From NCBI GenBank assembly GCA_965206355.1, contig OZ242212.1, positions 2,096,271-2,160,270 on the forward strand: a stretch of 64,000 nucleotides of DNA, given 5' to 3'. This DNA comes from Candidatus Spongiihabitans sp. GTDB lineage: Bacteria > Pseudomonadota > Gammaproteobacteria > Arenicellales > Poriferihabitantaceae. The notes beneath the pieces are model-generated. The model worked only from the letters and a program-made list of their open reading frames with translations. It had not been told where the DNA came from and did no database searches. Positions 1-11,048 of this stretch are shown here, in pieces (within the stretch, counting starts at the first letter, position 1; each line of letters starts with the position of its first letter). A program made the translations under genes and the position numbers.

Positions 1-69
1 GAGGACACAGCCACTATCGCTCATTGCGACTGTGTTGATGGAACGGAACAAGCGCATCTCGGGACCTGC

Positions 70-1623
70 TTACTTCGCCAACCACAAGGTTCTGGGGTTT
101 AAGCCCACCAGCAAAAGGCAACCGAAATAAACTGCCCCGCCAAGCGCAATAAGCAGACTGAGTTTACCCACTCTGCTCCACACAGTCAGATTAAACCACA
201 ACTCCCCGCTACCCAACCACCACACCGTCAGCCCCATAAGCGTTACCGCAAAAGTTATCTTTGCCAGAAACTTCAGCCAGCCGGGTTCAGCAATGAATAT
301 CCGCTGTCGGCGTAACACAAGATATAACATAATGGCATTGGCTGTTGCCGACAGGGTTGTCGCCATAGCAAGACCAACGTGCTTGAATCGCCATACCAAT
401 AGCAAGCTGATAATGATGTTCAAGGTCATCGCTATCATGGCGATTCGCACTGGAGTTTTGGTATTATGACGCGCATAAAATCCGGGGGCAAGAATTTTGA
501 CCATAACAATTGCAATCAACCCTAAAGAAAATGCGATTAAACTCGAAACAGTCATGTCTATCCCATGTTTTGTGAAACTGCCATGATAGTAAATTGTCGT
601 TACTATCGCTTGTGCCAGCAGGATTAAACCCACCGTTGCCGGAATGCAAATCAGACAGACTATACGCATAGCCCAATCCAGTGTTTTTGAGAATTCATCA
701 AGCGCTTGTTGGGCATGTTTTCGCGACAGATCGGGCAGGATCGCCGTACTCAATGCAATACCAAACACCCCAACCGGAAACTCCATCAGCCGATCCGAGT
801 AATATAACCACGAAATACTGCCCGTTGCCAGAAAAGAGGCCAGCAGCGTATTCACCATCATATTAACCTGCGCCACGGAAACACCAAATATGGCAGGCAG
901 TGTCAAATGAAACACTTTCACAGCACCCGCTATCCCGACCTCATCACCATCACCTTTCAGCAGGCGCGGTTTTATGATGAGTTTTTCTTTTTTCAGGAAC
1001 GGTAACTGCCATAACAGTTGCGCAAAACCGGCAACCAACACGCCAATCGACAACGCCAGCGGCGAGCTACTGACCATGGGGGTCAGGATAATTGCCGCAG
1101 CAATTAAACAGATGTTTAATAAAATTGGCGTTGCCGCTGGCACGGCAAAACGTCCGCAAGTATTGAGCATACCCGCCGACATAGCGACTAAAGAGATAAA
1201 GAACAAATAGGGAAAAGTGATGCGGGTGGCATCAACCGCTAATTGGAATTTCTCGGGCTGGCTGATAAATCCGGAAGCCAGCAAGGCAACCAGTACCGGC
1301 GCAAATACAACACCCAAAACAGATACCAGTAGCAGAATCAAACTGAATCGACCAATCAGCAGTTGCAGGAAACTATTGGTTTCAGCTTCCGTTTTATTGA
1401 GTCGGTAGTCGGTAAACACCGGCACAAATGCCAGTGCAAATGCCCCCTCCCCAAATATTCTGCGGAAAAAATTAGGCATACGAAATGCCACAAAAAATAC
1501 GTCAGCCGCCGCCTTATCACCAAGCACATGGGCAAATACCACATCACGAACCAGCCCGGAAACTCGTGACAGCAATGTCATGCTGGCGGTTACGGAAGTG
1601 GATTTGATTAGATGTAACGACAT
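70..1623 (-). CDS. murJ: lipid II flippase MurJ/MviN
   Basis: 517-aa polytopic membrane ORF; N-terminal LLSRVSGLVRD...FFVAFRMPNFFRRIFGEGAF signature of the MurJ family. Confidence 0.9.
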   Translation of the reverse strand: MSLHLIKSTSVTASMTLLSRVSGLVRDVVFAHVLGDKAAADVFFVAFRMPNFFRRIFGEGAFALAFVPVFTDYRLNKTEAETNSFLQLLIGRFSLILLLVSVLGVVFAPVLVALLASGFISQPEKFQLAVDATRITFPYLFFISLVAMSAGMLNTCGRFAVPAATPILLNICLIAAAIILTPMVSSSPLALSIGVLVAGFAQLLWQLPFLKKEKLIIKPRLLKGDGDEVGIAGAVKVFHLTLPAIFGVSVAQVNMMVNTLLASFLATGSISWLYYSDRLMEFPVGVFGIALSTAILPDLSRKHAQQALDEFSKTLDWAMRIVCLICIPATVGLILLAQAIVTTIYYHGSFTKHGIDMTVSSLIAFSLGLIAIVMVKILAPGFYARHNTKTPVRIAMIAMTLNIIISLLLVWRFKHVGLAMATTLSATANAIMLYLVLRRQRIFIAEPGWLKFLAKITFAVTLMGLTVWWLGSGELWFNLTVWSRVGKLSLLIALGGAVYFGCLLLVGLNPRTLWLAK

Positions 1624-1742
1624 ATCTCAACGATAATGATTAGGATAATTATTGGAAATCAACGATTATTGACTTGACTTTGAGGTCAAAATTGCCCATA
1701 TTCTCGCGTCCAATTCGCACCCCAAAACTTCGAGGAATCCTC

Positions 1743-2009
1743 TTGGCAAATTCACCACAGGCAAGAAAACGCGTTCGGCAAAATATAAAACGCCGTATGC
1801 ATAATATGAGCATTCGCTCCACACTGCGTTCATCAATCAAAAAATTGCTGAAACTTATTGAGAAAAACAATAAAGAGGAAGCAATAACCGCATACCGCGA
1901 TGCGGTATCCCACATTGACAGTGCAGTATCAAAAGGTCTCCACCACAAAAACCGTGCCGCACGTTTGAAGAGTCGTCTTAACAACCGCTTAAAATCCCTG
2001 ACCGTCTAA
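1743..2009 (+). CDS. rpsT: 30S ribosomal protein S20
   Basis: Frame of ORF 1674..2009; conserved S20 N-terminus ANSPQARKRVRQN begins at TTG 1743 (88 aa); basic helical protein. Confidence 0.85.
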   Translation: MANSPQARKRVRQNIKRRMHNMSIRSTLRSSIKKLLKLIEKNNKEEAITAYRDAVSHIDSAVSKGLHHKNRAARLKSRLNNRLKSLTV

Positions 2010-2066
2010 TTACGCTCTCCAGCCTGTTGCGCTGGCCTATTTGGATACGGCATTCGTAACGGCTAT

Positions 2067-3191
2067 TCATACTGTAAGCGCAATGTTATCGCGGTGAATC
2101 AGTTCACTTTCACCGCAATATCCTAAGACGGCTTCTATCTGATTACTCGGCATACCGATAATTTTAGCTGCCTCATCCGCGTTATAATTGATCAGACCCC
2201 GTGCAATTTCATTACCCATCGGGTCAACACAAATCACAATCTCACCGCGGGTGAACGAACCCTCCACCGCAGTCACCCCAACTGGCAACAGACTGCGTCC
2301 AAGTTCCTTCAAGACACGCACAGCACCATAATCAAGCACCAGCTTGCCATTACCGCGCAATTGACCTGCCAACCATTGTTTTCTGGCAACAATTCGACCA
2401 CTGCCCGGAGACAGTACCGTGCCCAAAACTTCACCCGCGCGTAATCGCAACAATATGTTATGTTCCTTACCCGAAGCGATTATAGTGGATGCACCTGATG
2501 CGGATGCCTTTCGAGCCGCTTTAATTTTAGTCACCATGCCACCACTGCCTAAGACACCGGCAGTCCCTGCCAGAGCTAATAAATCAGGGTTATCTGCTTT
2601 GCCATACTGAATCAGCTCTGCGCTATCGGAATTTCGTGGATCCTGATTATGCAATCCCACCTGATCGGTCAATAATATCAGGCATTCCGCTTCAACAAGA
2701 TTGCTTGCCAATGCTGACAACGTATCATTATCACCAAACCGAATTTCCTCGTTCACCACCGCATCATTTTCATTGACGATAGGCACCACCCCAAGATTCA
2801 AAAGCTCCCGCAACACATTTCTGGCGTTTAGATAGCGTTGCCGGTTTGCTAGATCGGCATGCGTGAGCAGAATCTGTGCTGTCAGAATTTTATACTTATC
2901 GAAAGCCGCTTCATAACTTTGTATCAAGCCCATCTGCCCAACCGCCGCCGCGGTTTGCAGTTTATGCACCTCGCTCGGTCTGTTTTCCCAGCCGAGTCGC
3001 CGCATACCCTCACCAATCGAGCCTGATGAGACCAGCACAATATCCACGCCCTGATTTTTGAGTTCTGCGATTTGTCGCACCCATGAATCAATGGCAGATT
3101 GATTAAGCCCCGATTGTGAATCTGTTAATAACGACGTGCCAATTTTGACCACCCAGCTCACCGAGTCGGTCAATGTCTGTCGGCAAGTCAT
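2067..3191 (-). CDS. proB: glutamate 5-kinase
   Basis: [11 protein letters not shown] amino-acid-kinase N-terminus and C-terminal PUA-like region. ATG 3191 overlaps the obg stop as ATGA; the longer start at 3215 is also open. Confidence 0.9.
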   Translation of the reverse strand: MTCRQTLTDSVSWVVKIGTSLLTDSQSGLNQSAIDSWVRQIAELKNQGVDIVLVSSGSIGEGMRRLGWENRPSEVHKLQTAAAVGQMGLIQSYEAAFDKYKILTAQILLTHADLANRQRYLNARNVLRELLNLGVVPIVNENDAVVNEEIRFGDNDTLSALASNLVEAECLILLTDQVGLHNQDPRNSDSAELIQYGKADNPDLLALAGTAGVLGSGGMVTKIKAARKASASGASTIIASGKEHNILLRLRAGEVLGTVLSPGSGRIVARKQWLAGQLRGNGKLVLDYGAVRVLKELGRSLLPVGVTAVEGSFTRGEIVICVDPMGNEIARGLINYNADEAAKIIGMPSNQIEAVLGYCGESELIHRDNIALTV

Positions 3192-4264
3192 TCTGCCCAC
3201 TCCAGTGAATGACATAACGCATTTTCTGCTTGCGCTTGCCTGTGTTCATCCAGTCGCATCAATTGATTCATCAGCTTATTGGTCAAAGTAGCGCAACCCT
3301 CTCCAGTTACTGCCGATATTCTGTAAACAGGCGAGGTCCACGCTAATTTTTCCTTTAATTCTGCTTCAATGGCAATCGCCTCCTCCGCGCTAATCGCATC
3401 CACCTTGTTTAACACCAGCCACCTCTCCTTATCCGCCAAGCTCTGATCAAACGCAATCAGTTCGCGTTCAAGCTCACGCACGCTGTTCACCAGACATTTT
3501 TCAGCCTGTGCAATATCAACAAGGTGCAGCAGGATGCGCGTCCGCTTCAGGTGTTTCAGAAATTGCATACCCAAGCCAATGCCCTGCGCCGCACCTTTAA
3601 TCAAACCCGGAATATCGGCCATAACAAAACTATTGGCAGAACCACTGTCATGCCCGACATCAACCACCCCTAATTGAGGGTGCAATGTGGTAAACGGATA
3701 ATCCGCAATTTTAGGTCGGGCATGGGAAACCGTACTCAACAAGGTTGATTTTCCGGCATTCGGTAGCCCCAGCAAACCGACATCCGCCAGCACCTTTAAT
3801 TCCAGCCTAATTAATCGTTCATCACCCATTTTTCCTGAGGTAGTACGCCGTGGCGCACGGTTGGTACTGGATTTGAAATTGGCATTGCCCAAACCACGTT
3901 TACCGCCTTCGGCAACCAGCAAACGTTGTCCTTCTCGGGTTACATCCCCGATCAGCTCATTACTTTCTGCATCGCTGACCAGAGTTCCCAACGGAACATC
4001 AATTAGTAAATCATTGCCATTCTTGCCAAACCGATCTTTACCCGCACCGCCCCCGCCATTTTTAGCGCGATACAAGCGAATATAGCGAAAGTCTGCCAGC
4101 GTATTCAATCCATTTTTCGCAATCAGGTAAATACTCCCACCATTGCCACCATCGCCACCATCAGGACCGCCTTTAGGGCGAAATTTTTCGCGTAGAAAGC
4201 TCAGGCAACCATTGCCGCCTTTGCCCGCAATTATCCGAACTGTCGCTTCATCAACGAATTTCAT
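3188..4264 (-). CDS. obg: GTPase Obg/CgtA
   Basis: [20 protein letters not shown] Obg-fold N-terminus, glycine-rich repeats, [10 protein letters not shown]-loop. Confidence 0.93.
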   Translation of the reverse strand: MKFVDEATVRIIAGKGGNGCLSFLREKFRPKGGPDGGDGGNGGSIYLIAKNGLNTLADFRYIRLYRAKNGGGGAGKDRFGKNGNDLLIDVPLGTLVSDAESNELIGDVTREGQRLLVAEGGKRGLGNANFKSSTNRAPRRTTSGKMGDERLIRLELKVLADVGLLGLPNAGKSTLLSTVSHARPKIADYPFTTLHPQLGVVDVGHDSGSANSFVMADIPGLIKGAAQGIGLGMQFLKHLKRTRILLHLVDIAQAEKCLVNSVRELERELIAFDQSLADKERWLVLNKVDAISAEEAIAIEAELKEKLAWTSPVYRISAVTGEGCATLTNKLMNQLMRLDEHRQAQAENALCHSLEWAE

Positions 4265-4504
4265 TGTACATACATTTTTTGCAACTCAACTTATGTCATC
4301 ATCAGCCGATGACATTCTAACACGGGCATTCCCATCCCTAAGGATATCCTGACCATCGCCGCTCCTGCGTATCCATGCGCTCGTGGCATATGACCAACAT
4401 GGATGGTGGAAGTGCAGATAATACATCGCTACATGAATGTAGCTTATTAGAGGTCGCTCCTTGACATCCTGTCCATCACATCATCTGCCCAGTCATCCTG
4501 AGCA

Positions 4505-4550
4505 TAAACAAAAAACAAATAAAAAACCCCGCTTTGTCGCCAAAGCGGGG
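4505..4550 (-). terminator. rho-independent terminator downstream of rpmA
   Basis: Hairpin CCCCGCTTTG-tcgc-CAAAGCGGGG (4527-4550), followed on the minus strand by a T-rich run, about 30 nt after the rpmA stop. Confidence 0.7.
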
Positions 4551-4581
4551 TTCTTGTTGTGCATAATTGCCGAGTTCTAAC

Positions 4582-4833
4582 TTAGACAATACTGACCGTT
4601 CTACGCTTTTTCGGACCTTTGACCTGAAATAACACCTTGCCAGCTGCGGTTGCAAACAAGGTGAAATCTTTTCCAAGACGGGTGTTTCTTCCCGGGTGAA
4701 ACGAACTACCACGTTGTCTGATAATAATGTTTCCAGCAACAACCTGCTCGCCACCAAACTTCTTAACGCCAAGCCGTTTGGATTCGGAATCTCGACCATT
4801 TCTGGAACTACCACCTGCTTTTTTATGTGCCAT
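4582..4833 (-). CDS. rpmA: 50S ribosomal protein L27
   Basis: [29 protein letters not shown] canonical L27 N-terminus. Confidence 0.95.
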   Translation of the reverse strand: MAHKKAGGSSRNGRDSESKRLGVKKFGGEQVVAGNIIIRQRGSSFHPGRNTRLGKDFTLFATAAGKVLFQVKGPKKRRTVSIV

Positions 4834-4882
4834 GTTACCTCTGATTCTCTGTTAGTGTCTCGGTCAAATATAACGATACGAG

Positions 4883-5239
4883 TTAAGCTGTCACTGCGTT
4901 TGTTTGCGCCACCGATTGCTCAATGTTCTCGTTATCGCCGATAGCGGTAATCTCAATTTCCGTAAATGCCTGACGATGTCCTTGAGTGCGGCGATAGTTT
5001 TTACGTCGTTTCATTTTGAAAACCTTGATTTTCCGTGCCCTACCATGCGCCACTACAACCGCAGTCACCGTCTTTTCAAGCAACGGGTCGCCAACGCTCA
5101 CCTGCTCACCGTCTGCTATCATCAACACCCGTTGCAGATTCAACGAATCACCCTCGGCAACAGCCAGCTTTTCCACTTTCAACTTATCACCAACGGCGAC
5201 CTTGTATTGTTTGCCACCGCTTTCAATTACTGCATACAT
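4883..5239 (-). CDS. rplU: 50S ribosomal protein L21
   Basis: [14 protein letters not shown] start at internal Met (5239) of ORF 4883..5269; about 15-aa C-terminal extension relative to the typical 103 aa. Confidence 0.92.
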   Translation of the reverse strand: MYAVIESGGKQYKVAVGDKLKVEKLAVAEGDSLNLQRVLMIADGEQVSVGDPLLEKTVTAVVVAHGRARKIKVFKMKRRKNYRRTQGHRQAFTEIEITAIGDNENIEQSVAQTNAVTA

Positions 5240-5446
5240 TATAATAAATTTTCCAATGCGTTTATCCAATCAACCACCGATAATCAACGGATTATCAGGG
5301 AGGCAGGATTCTATCCGCCTAAAGCCCTGCCGTCAAATATAATTCGCATTGAGATGACATCAAAAAACCTAAGTAAAGACAACATTTTCATACCTTGATG
5401 CAGAATCTCGGCTAAAATCAGCTATTCGCAACAGTAACAAAAGCGC

Positions 5447-6505
5447 ATGTCCAGGCCCATATTCTCCACACTGCATTTGCAAAGAGATTCTGAAAATCTC
5501 AATGTAACACAAACACCATTACCCGCAAAATTGCTGGCATCCGCGAGCACCTTGGTCAATGACGAACTGCAATCAGTCAACAACACCATTTTGCAACGAT
5601 TACAGTCCGACATTGCGTTAATCAACACCCTCTCCGCCTATCTCATAAAAAGCGGCGGTAAAAGATTGCGTCCGCTGATTTTATTGCTGTGCGCACGCTG
5701 TTGCGGATACCCGCAGAACCATCGCAAAGATCATATTCTGCTCGCCACCGTTATTGAGTTTATTCATACCGCAACATTATTGCATGACGATGTTGTGGAT
5801 ACATCAACGACCCGCAGAGGTCAGCCTACTGCCAATGATGTATGGGGTAATGAAGCCAGCGTTCTAGTCGGTGATTTTTTGTATTCCCGCTCTTTCGAAA
5901 TGATGGTTGAAACCCGAAATATGGAGGTGATGCGTGTGTTGGCAGGCACCACCAATGCGATTGCTGAAGGTGAAGTCCTGCAACTGCTTAACATCCATTC
6001 TCCGGACACATCGGAACAGCAGTATATGGATACTATCAACCGAAAAACCGCTAAATTATTCGAGTCCGCAGCTCAGTTAGGCGGCATTATCGCCGATGAG
6101 AACAGCGAAATATGCAATGCTCTGGCAAATTATGGCAGGTATCTTGGCATCGCTTTTCAGTTAGTGGACGATATTCTTGATTATAATGCCGACAGTGCCA
6201 ATATCGGCAAAGATGTTGGCGATGATCTGGCTGAAGGCAAACCGACACTGCCCTTGATTTACGCTATGCAACACGGCAATAGCCGACAAAAAGCGATGAT
6301 TGTCCACGCCATCGAAAACGGTGAACGTGAAAAAATTTCCGAGATTCTGAGCATTGTGCAATCGACCGGTGCGCTTGACTATACGCTGACACGGGCGAAA
6401 AAACAGGCTAGATTAGCCGTGTCTGCCCTGGTGCCCGTGAACGACAACGAATATAAAGAAGCGTTGACACAACTGGCAGAGTTTGCCGTGATTAGAGGAT
6501 ACTAA
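5447..6505 (+). CDS. ispB: octaprenyl-diphosphate synthase (trans-polyprenyl synthase)
   Basis: LLHDDVVD and DDILD aspartate-rich motifs, GGKRLRP. The N-terminus is about 25 aa longer than usual, so the true start may be an internal TTG. Confidence 0.88.
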   Translation: MSRPIFSTLHLQRDSENLNVTQTPLPAKLLASASTLVNDELQSVNNTILQRLQSDIALINTLSAYLIKSGGKRLRPLILLLCARCCGYPQNHRKDHILLATVIEFIHTATLLHDDVVDTSTTRRGQPTANDVWGNEASVLVGDFLYSRSFEMMVETRNMEVMRVLAGTTNAIAEGEVLQLLNIHSPDTSEQQYMDTINRKTAKLFESAAQLGGIIADENSEICNALANYGRYLGIAFQLVDDILDYNADSANIGKDVGDDLAEGKPTLPLIYAMQHGNSRQKAMIVHAIENGEREKISEILSIVQSTGALDYTLTRAKKQARLAVSALVPVNDNEYKEALTQLAEFAVIRGY

Positions 6506-6512
6506 ATCAGTT

Positions 6513-6651
6513 GAGACCTTTGCACGAAAGCCATTTCACCTGCATGCTGCGTTAAAATCGTACTCAATCGGTCATTTATAAGCATAAACTCCCTCATTCC
6601 GTGCGTTTTTGCCTTGCCTAAAAGCGAACTCATCTTCCGTGCAAAGGTCTC
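6513..6651 (-). mobile_element. MITE copy 1 (139 bp)
   Basis: Termini GAGACCTTTGCACG...CGTGCAAAGGTCTC. Sits between the convergent ispB and cysK stops; no clean TSD (flanks CAGTT / AGTGT). Confidence 0.85.
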
Positions 6652-6670
6652 AGTGTGTTTGTCTGCAAAA

Positions 6671-7582
6671 CTACACCCAAACATCGGTACTCAAATAACG
6701 CTCTCCAGTATCAGGCAGTATGGCAAGCAGAGACTTCTCTGCATATTCGCCACGCATCACCAGTTTGACCATTCCAGCGACCGCAGCACCGCAGGATATA
6801 CCGCCAAAAATGCCTTCTTTCTCTGCCAGCGTAATGGTCGTTGAATAGGCTTCCTCTGTGGTTATCGGGATTATCTCCTCATAGGCATTGGTATCTAAAA
6901 TATCGGGAATAAAACCGGGAGCGGTACCCATAATTTTATGTTTACAGGCAATACCCTGACTTAAAATCGGCGAATCCGCAGGTTCGGTGGCAATTATCTT
7001 GAGATACGGATGCCTGCCCCTAAGATATTTCGATAATCCTGATACCGTGCCACCCGTTCCAGTGGTACAGACAATAGCAGACAGAGATTTACCAAAATCA
7101 TCCCAAATTTCATCCGCCGTTTGCTTGTGCGACTTGGTGTTAGCCGGATTGTAATGCTGACCAACGAAAAAATAGCCATGCTTTGCCGCCAGCCGTTTCG
7201 CCTCTTCAATCGCCCCAACCGTCCCCTGCTCCGCTGGCGTAAGCACAACTTCCCCGCCGTAAGCCTTCAAGATGAGCTTGCGCTCCTCACTCATATCTTC
7301 TGCCATAACAAATATACTGCGATAGCCCTTAACTGCTGCGATCATCGCAAGACCAATTCCGGTATTACCCGATGTCGGTTCAATAATAATATCCCCAGAT
7401 TTTAATTTACCCTCAATTTCGGCATCTTCAATCATTTGCAACGCTGGACGATCTTTGATTGAGCCGCCCGGGTTAAAACTTTCCAGTTTCACCCATAATT
7501 CTGCGCCACTATCTGTCGCAAAATGGCTTAATTGCACAATCGGGGTCGCACCGATTGTTTCGAGGATATTCTGGTATTTCAT
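6671..7582 (-). CDS. cysK: cysteine synthase (O-acetylserine sulfhydrylase)
   Basis: PLP-fold motifs NPGGSIKDR, TSGNTGIGLA, GTGGT. Start taken at MKYQNILETIGATPIV (7582) rather than the upstream ATG at 7654. Confidence 0.85.
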   Translation of the reverse strand: MKYQNILETIGATPIVQLSHFATDSGAELWVKLESFNPGGSIKDRPALQMIEDAEIEGKLKSGDIIIEPTSGNTGIGLAMIAAVKGYRSIFVMAEDMSEERKLILKAYGGEVVLTPAEQGTVGAIEEAKRLAAKHGYFFVGQHYNPANTKSHKQTADEIWDDFGKSLSAIVCTTGTGGTVSGLSKYLRGRHPYLKIIATEPADSPILSQGIACKHKIMGTAPGFIPDILDTNAYEEIIPITTEEAYSTTITLAEKEGIFGGISCGAAVAGMVKLVMRGEYAEKSLLAILPDTGERYLSTDVWV

Positions 7583-7918
7583 AATGGATTCCCACAAGTC
7601 TAAACGAAAAACAAGATTATCATACCCTATGTATGAGTCCACCACATATTGCACTTCATTTCCTCATCGTCATAGTGCAATATGTTTCTGAACATATACA
7701 TTATTTATCCGGATTCAGTAGCGATGGGATAAACTAATGTGCTTTCACCAAGTTTTGCCCAAATCTTGAGCACACTCAAATGGTGTCGCCAATGGCTTGA
7801 TATGGATGATGACCCGATAGCAAAAGGGTCGTACAATCGGGCTATGCCGTACCGTTTGAATGAGCCGCATTGGTTATGCGAGTATGTACTTAACCGTTAT
7901 TAACAGGAAATAAAAAAG

Positions 7919-8479
7919 TTGCTGTCCCAAATCCCCAATCTGTTGACGCTGACCCGAATCGCGGCTTGTCCGATATTGGTGGTGGTGTTGAGCGAGCAAC
8001 GCTATTTGCTGGCTTTGCTGTTGTTTCTGGTCGCGGGCATTACCGATGGACTGGACGGCTATATTGCCAAGCGATTTAACTGTGTTTCAAAATTCGGAGC
8101 AGTGCTCGATCCGGTTGCGGATAAATTGCTCATCGCCAGCACCTACATCATGCTGGCAACACTGGGCGATATTCCATTTTGGTTGCTGGTTGTGGTGATG
8201 TTCCGCGATCTGGTGATTGTTATCGGTTATTTTATATTTGTGATCATGGCGGTTGATCTCCCCATGCGACCGATTTATAGCAGCAAAATTAACACATTTA
8301 CGCAAATTTCGCTGATGGTCGTGGTATTGCTGGAGAAGGCAACCTTATTACATATTCCAATGATTGTTGAACTATTAATATCCGGTGTATTGATTACGAC
8401 GGTTGTTAGCGGGCTTCAATACGTCTGGTTGTGGGGCATTCGTCAGGAGTTTGATAGTGCTGGTGGTTCTGAAAAATGA
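7919..8479 (+). CDS. pgsA: CDP-alcohol phosphatidyltransferase (PgsA-like)
   Basis: DGLDGYIAKRF...LDPVADK CDP-alcohol transferase motif; multi-TM; TTG start. Confidence 0.8.
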   Translation: MLSQIPNLLTLTRIAACPILVVVLSEQRYLLALLLFLVAGITDGLDGYIAKRFNCVSKFGAVLDPVADKLLIASTYIMLATLGDIPFWLLVVVMFRDLVIVIGYFIFVIMAVDLPMRPIYSSKINTFTQISLMVVVLLEKATLLHIPMIVELLISGVLITTVVSGLQYVWLWGIRQEFDSAGGSEK

Positions 8480-9186
8480 ATCAACAAACCATTATTCCCA
8501 TTGCTATTGAAGACGATACTAGTTTAGAGAGCTTTTACAGCATGCGCAACCAGCCTTTAATAGTGCAATTAAAGAGCCTGCTTGTCGGCACACGCGCCAA
8601 GCGGGTATTGTATCTTTGGGGGGAAAGTGGCAGTGGCAAAACCCACCTGCTTGATGCTTTTTGTGCGGCGGCGGGAAAGTCGGGTATGAAAAATGTGTAT
8701 ATCTCTCTCAAGCAAGATGGTGGGCGACTTGAGGAACTGAGTGCGCTCAATGGAGATACTGTGGTTTGTCTTGATGACCTGCAACAAATTGTTGACTGCG
8801 AATTTGGACAAAAGCAAATTTTTTCACTGTACGAAAAAATTATGCCCGCCAAAGGGGCGATTGTGGTCAGTGGAAGCCGCCCGTTGAACACCATAGGTAT
8901 GACGTTAAAGGATCTTGAATCCCGCCTATCCAGCGGCGGCACCTTCAATCTTTATGCGTTGAATGATGATGAAAAGCGAATCGCATTAAAGTTACGAGCA
9001 AGCCGGCGTGGCTTCACGCTGGATGACAACGTACTCTGGTTCATTATGTCGCATTACCAACGAGATACCAAATCCTTGTTTGCATTACTGGACAAACTGG
9101 ACAGCGCCTCTTTACAGAGGCACCGAAAAATTACCATTCCTTTTGTTAAAACATTGATAGCACATCGCCATAGCTGGCACTCATAG
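8476..9186 (+). CDS. hda: DnaA regulatory inactivator Hda
   Basis: AAA+ Walker A LWGESGSGKTHLL, about 235 aa, DnaA-related; ATGA overlap with pgsA. Confidence 0.8.
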   Translation: MNQQTIIPIAIEDDTSLESFYSMRNQPLIVQLKSLLVGTRAKRVLYLWGESGSGKTHLLDAFCAAAGKSGMKNVYISLKQDGGRLEELSALNGDTVVCLDDLQQIVDCEFGQKQIFSLYEKIMPAKGAIVVSGSRPLNTIGMTLKDLESRLSSGGTFNLYALNDDEKRIALKLRASRRGFTLDDNVLWFIMSHYQRDTKSLFALLDKLDSASLQRHRKITIPFVKTLIAHRHSWHS

Positions 9187-9783
9187 CTGACAACCAGACA
9201 AAGCAACCGCACAATTCGCCACTCGGCGACCGAGAATTTCTGCCAGTGCTTTTTCCTCTTTTGAGATTGGATTGCTATTGTTATTGCCAGCGACATGACT
9301 TGCGCCATAGGGGCTACCGCCCGATTGACTCTGCGCTAAAGGGGTATTGCTGTATGGAATACCGAGCATAATCATACCGTGGTGGATGAGTGGTAGCATC
9401 ATTGATAACAAGGTGCTTTCCTGACCACCGTGCATACTGGATGATGACGTAAAAACACCCGCCGGTTTGTCTGTTAATGCGCCGCTTAACCACTGTGGTG
9501 TGGTTTGATCGAAAAAATACTTGAGTGGTGAAGCAATGCTGCCAAACCGTGTCGGGCTACCAAGAATCATGCCCGCGCAGTTTTCCAGATCGGCTGTCGT
9601 CGCATAGATATCGCCACTATCGGGTATATCACTGTGAGTCGCTTCACATACTGCCGATACCGCGGGGACAGTGCGTATGATGGCTTCGCATTGCGCCACC
9701 CCTTCAACGCCTCGACTAACATACTTCGCCAGTTCAGCAATGGCACCGTGGCGACTGTAATAGAGTATTAAAATCTGGCTCAT
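9181..9783 (-). CDS. wrbA: NAD(P)H:quinone oxidoreductase, flavodoxin-like (WrbA type)
   Basis: ILILYYSRHGAI flavodoxin-like N-terminus, 200 aa. Confidence 0.75.
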   Translation of the reverse strand: MSQILILYYSRHGAIAELAKYVSRGVEGVAQCEAIIRTVPAVSAVCEATHSDIPDSGDIYATTADLENCAGMILGSPTRFGSIASPLKYFFDQTTPQWLSGALTDKPAGVFTSSSSMHGGQESTLLSMMLPLIHHGMIMLGIPYSNTPLAQSQSGGSPYGASHVAGNNNSNPISKEEKALAEILGRRVANCAVALSGCQL

Positions 9784-9838
9784 ATTGTAAATATTATGAG
9801 GTTACAGGCTACACAACAAATGCCCATAAACGTATGAA

Positions 9839-10015
9839 ATGCTTTAGCGGTTCAGCAACAAGAATTCCATCAATGCCTTTAAGATGCTTTAGCGGCTTAA
9901 CAACAAAAATCCCATCAATGCCTTTAAGATGCTTTAGCGGCTTAACAACAAAAATCCCATCAATGCCTTTAAGATGCTTTAGCGGTTCAGCAACAAGAAT
10001 TCCATCAATGCCTTT
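9839..10015. repeat. 45-bp tandem repeat x4 duplicating the argF 3-prime end
   Basis: Units start at 9839, 9884, 9929 and 9974. Pattern is A-B-B-A, with 5 differences between the A and B variants. The last unit is the genuine argF end. Confidence 0.95.
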
Positions 10016-10887
10016 TGTGCATGCAACCTGTTTTCCACTTCATCCCAGATCACACTTTGGGCACCGTCAATCACCCCCGCCGTCACCTCGTGTCCACGAT
10101 AAGCGGGCAGGCAGTGCATAAACAAGGCATCTTCTGCCGCAAGCCGCATGATATTTTCATCCACACAATACCCTGCAAATATCTGTTCTCTGGCTTCCTT
10201 TTCATCTTCATGCCCCATCCCTGACCAAGTGTCGGTTACCACCAATGCGGCGTTTTTGGCAGCAATCTGTGGATTGTCGGTGAGCATAATATAGTCGGCA
10301 CAGTCATCAATCATATTTTGGTCGGGCTGGTGCTGTTTTGGCGTAGCAATATGAAGTTCAAAATTCAGTTGTCTGGCCGCATTCATCCACGAGTGGCAGA
10401 CATTATTACCATCACCAATCCAAGCAATTTTTTGTCCCTGAATATCGCCACGATGTTCAACAAAGGTCTGCAAATCGGCAAGCAGTTGGCACGGGTGATT
10501 GAAATCAGACAAACCGTTTATAACCGGAACAGTGGCATACTGCGCCATCGTTGCAACACGTTCGTGGGGACCGGTACGCATAACAATTAGATTTGCCATC
10601 CGCGACAGCACGCGCGCGGTATCTGCTATCGGTTCTCCTCTGCCGAGATGTGAATCCGATGGCGCAAGAAAAATCGAATTACCACCGAATTGTGCCACTC
10701 CGCTTTCAAATGAGACGCGTGTTCGGGTAGAAGATTTTTCAAAAACCAAAACCGCCGACTGATTTTGCATCAGTGTTGAAAGCGTTTGCGCTCGCAATTC
10801 AGCTTTCAAGGCGATGGCGCGCACGATAATCAGCCGAATTTCTGCAGCTGTTAAATCCCTCAAACTTAAAAAATGTCGAACGGACAT
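9979..10887 (-). CDS. argF: ornithine carbamoyltransferase
   Basis: STRTRVSFE, HPCQ and HCLPA motifs of OTCase; 302 aa. Confidence 0.93.
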   Translation of the reverse strand: MSVRHFLSLRDLTAAEIRLIIVRAIALKAELRAQTLSTLMQNQSAVLVFEKSSTRTRVSFESGVAQFGGNSIFLAPSDSHLGRGEPIADTARVLSRMANLIVMRTGPHERVATMAQYATVPVINGLSDFNHPCQLLADLQTFVEHRGDIQGQKIAWIGDGNNVCHSWMNAARQLNFELHIATPKQHQPDQNMIDDCADYIMLTDNPQIAAKNAALVVTDTWSGMGHEDEKEAREQIFAGYCVDENIMRLAAEDALFMHCLPAYRGHEVTAGVIDGAQSVIWDEVENRLHAQKALMEFLLLNR

Positions 10888-11048
10888 GGCAATCTATTGC
10901 TGTTGTTGACGGGTTACTGACATGGCAATAACACCTTTATTCATTGTCTTTTAGCGGACTGTTCCGGGTGTGTTTTGGCAACGCCAATAGCGTCCACGAA
11001 AACATCAACCCGCATCAGCTTGCGCGCTATTTTGGTAGCTTCTTTCGC

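Noticed and set aside
6513-6518. GAGACC/GGTCTC (type IIS BsaI recognition sequence) at both ends of every repeat, suggesting cloning scars or synthetic DNA
   Set aside because: The hexamer is just the outermost part of a 14-bp natural TIR. The copies have diverged by point mutations (GAGGCC, GCTCTC variants) and carry variable TSDs, as expected for a natural MITE.
9834-10121. 95-aa plus-strand ORF with the repeating peptide SMPLRCFSG(L/S)(T/A)T(K/R)IP
   Set aside because: It is simply the antisense reading of the 45-bp tandem repeat and of the argF 3-prime end. The periodic peptide is a by-product of a repeat length divisible by 3.
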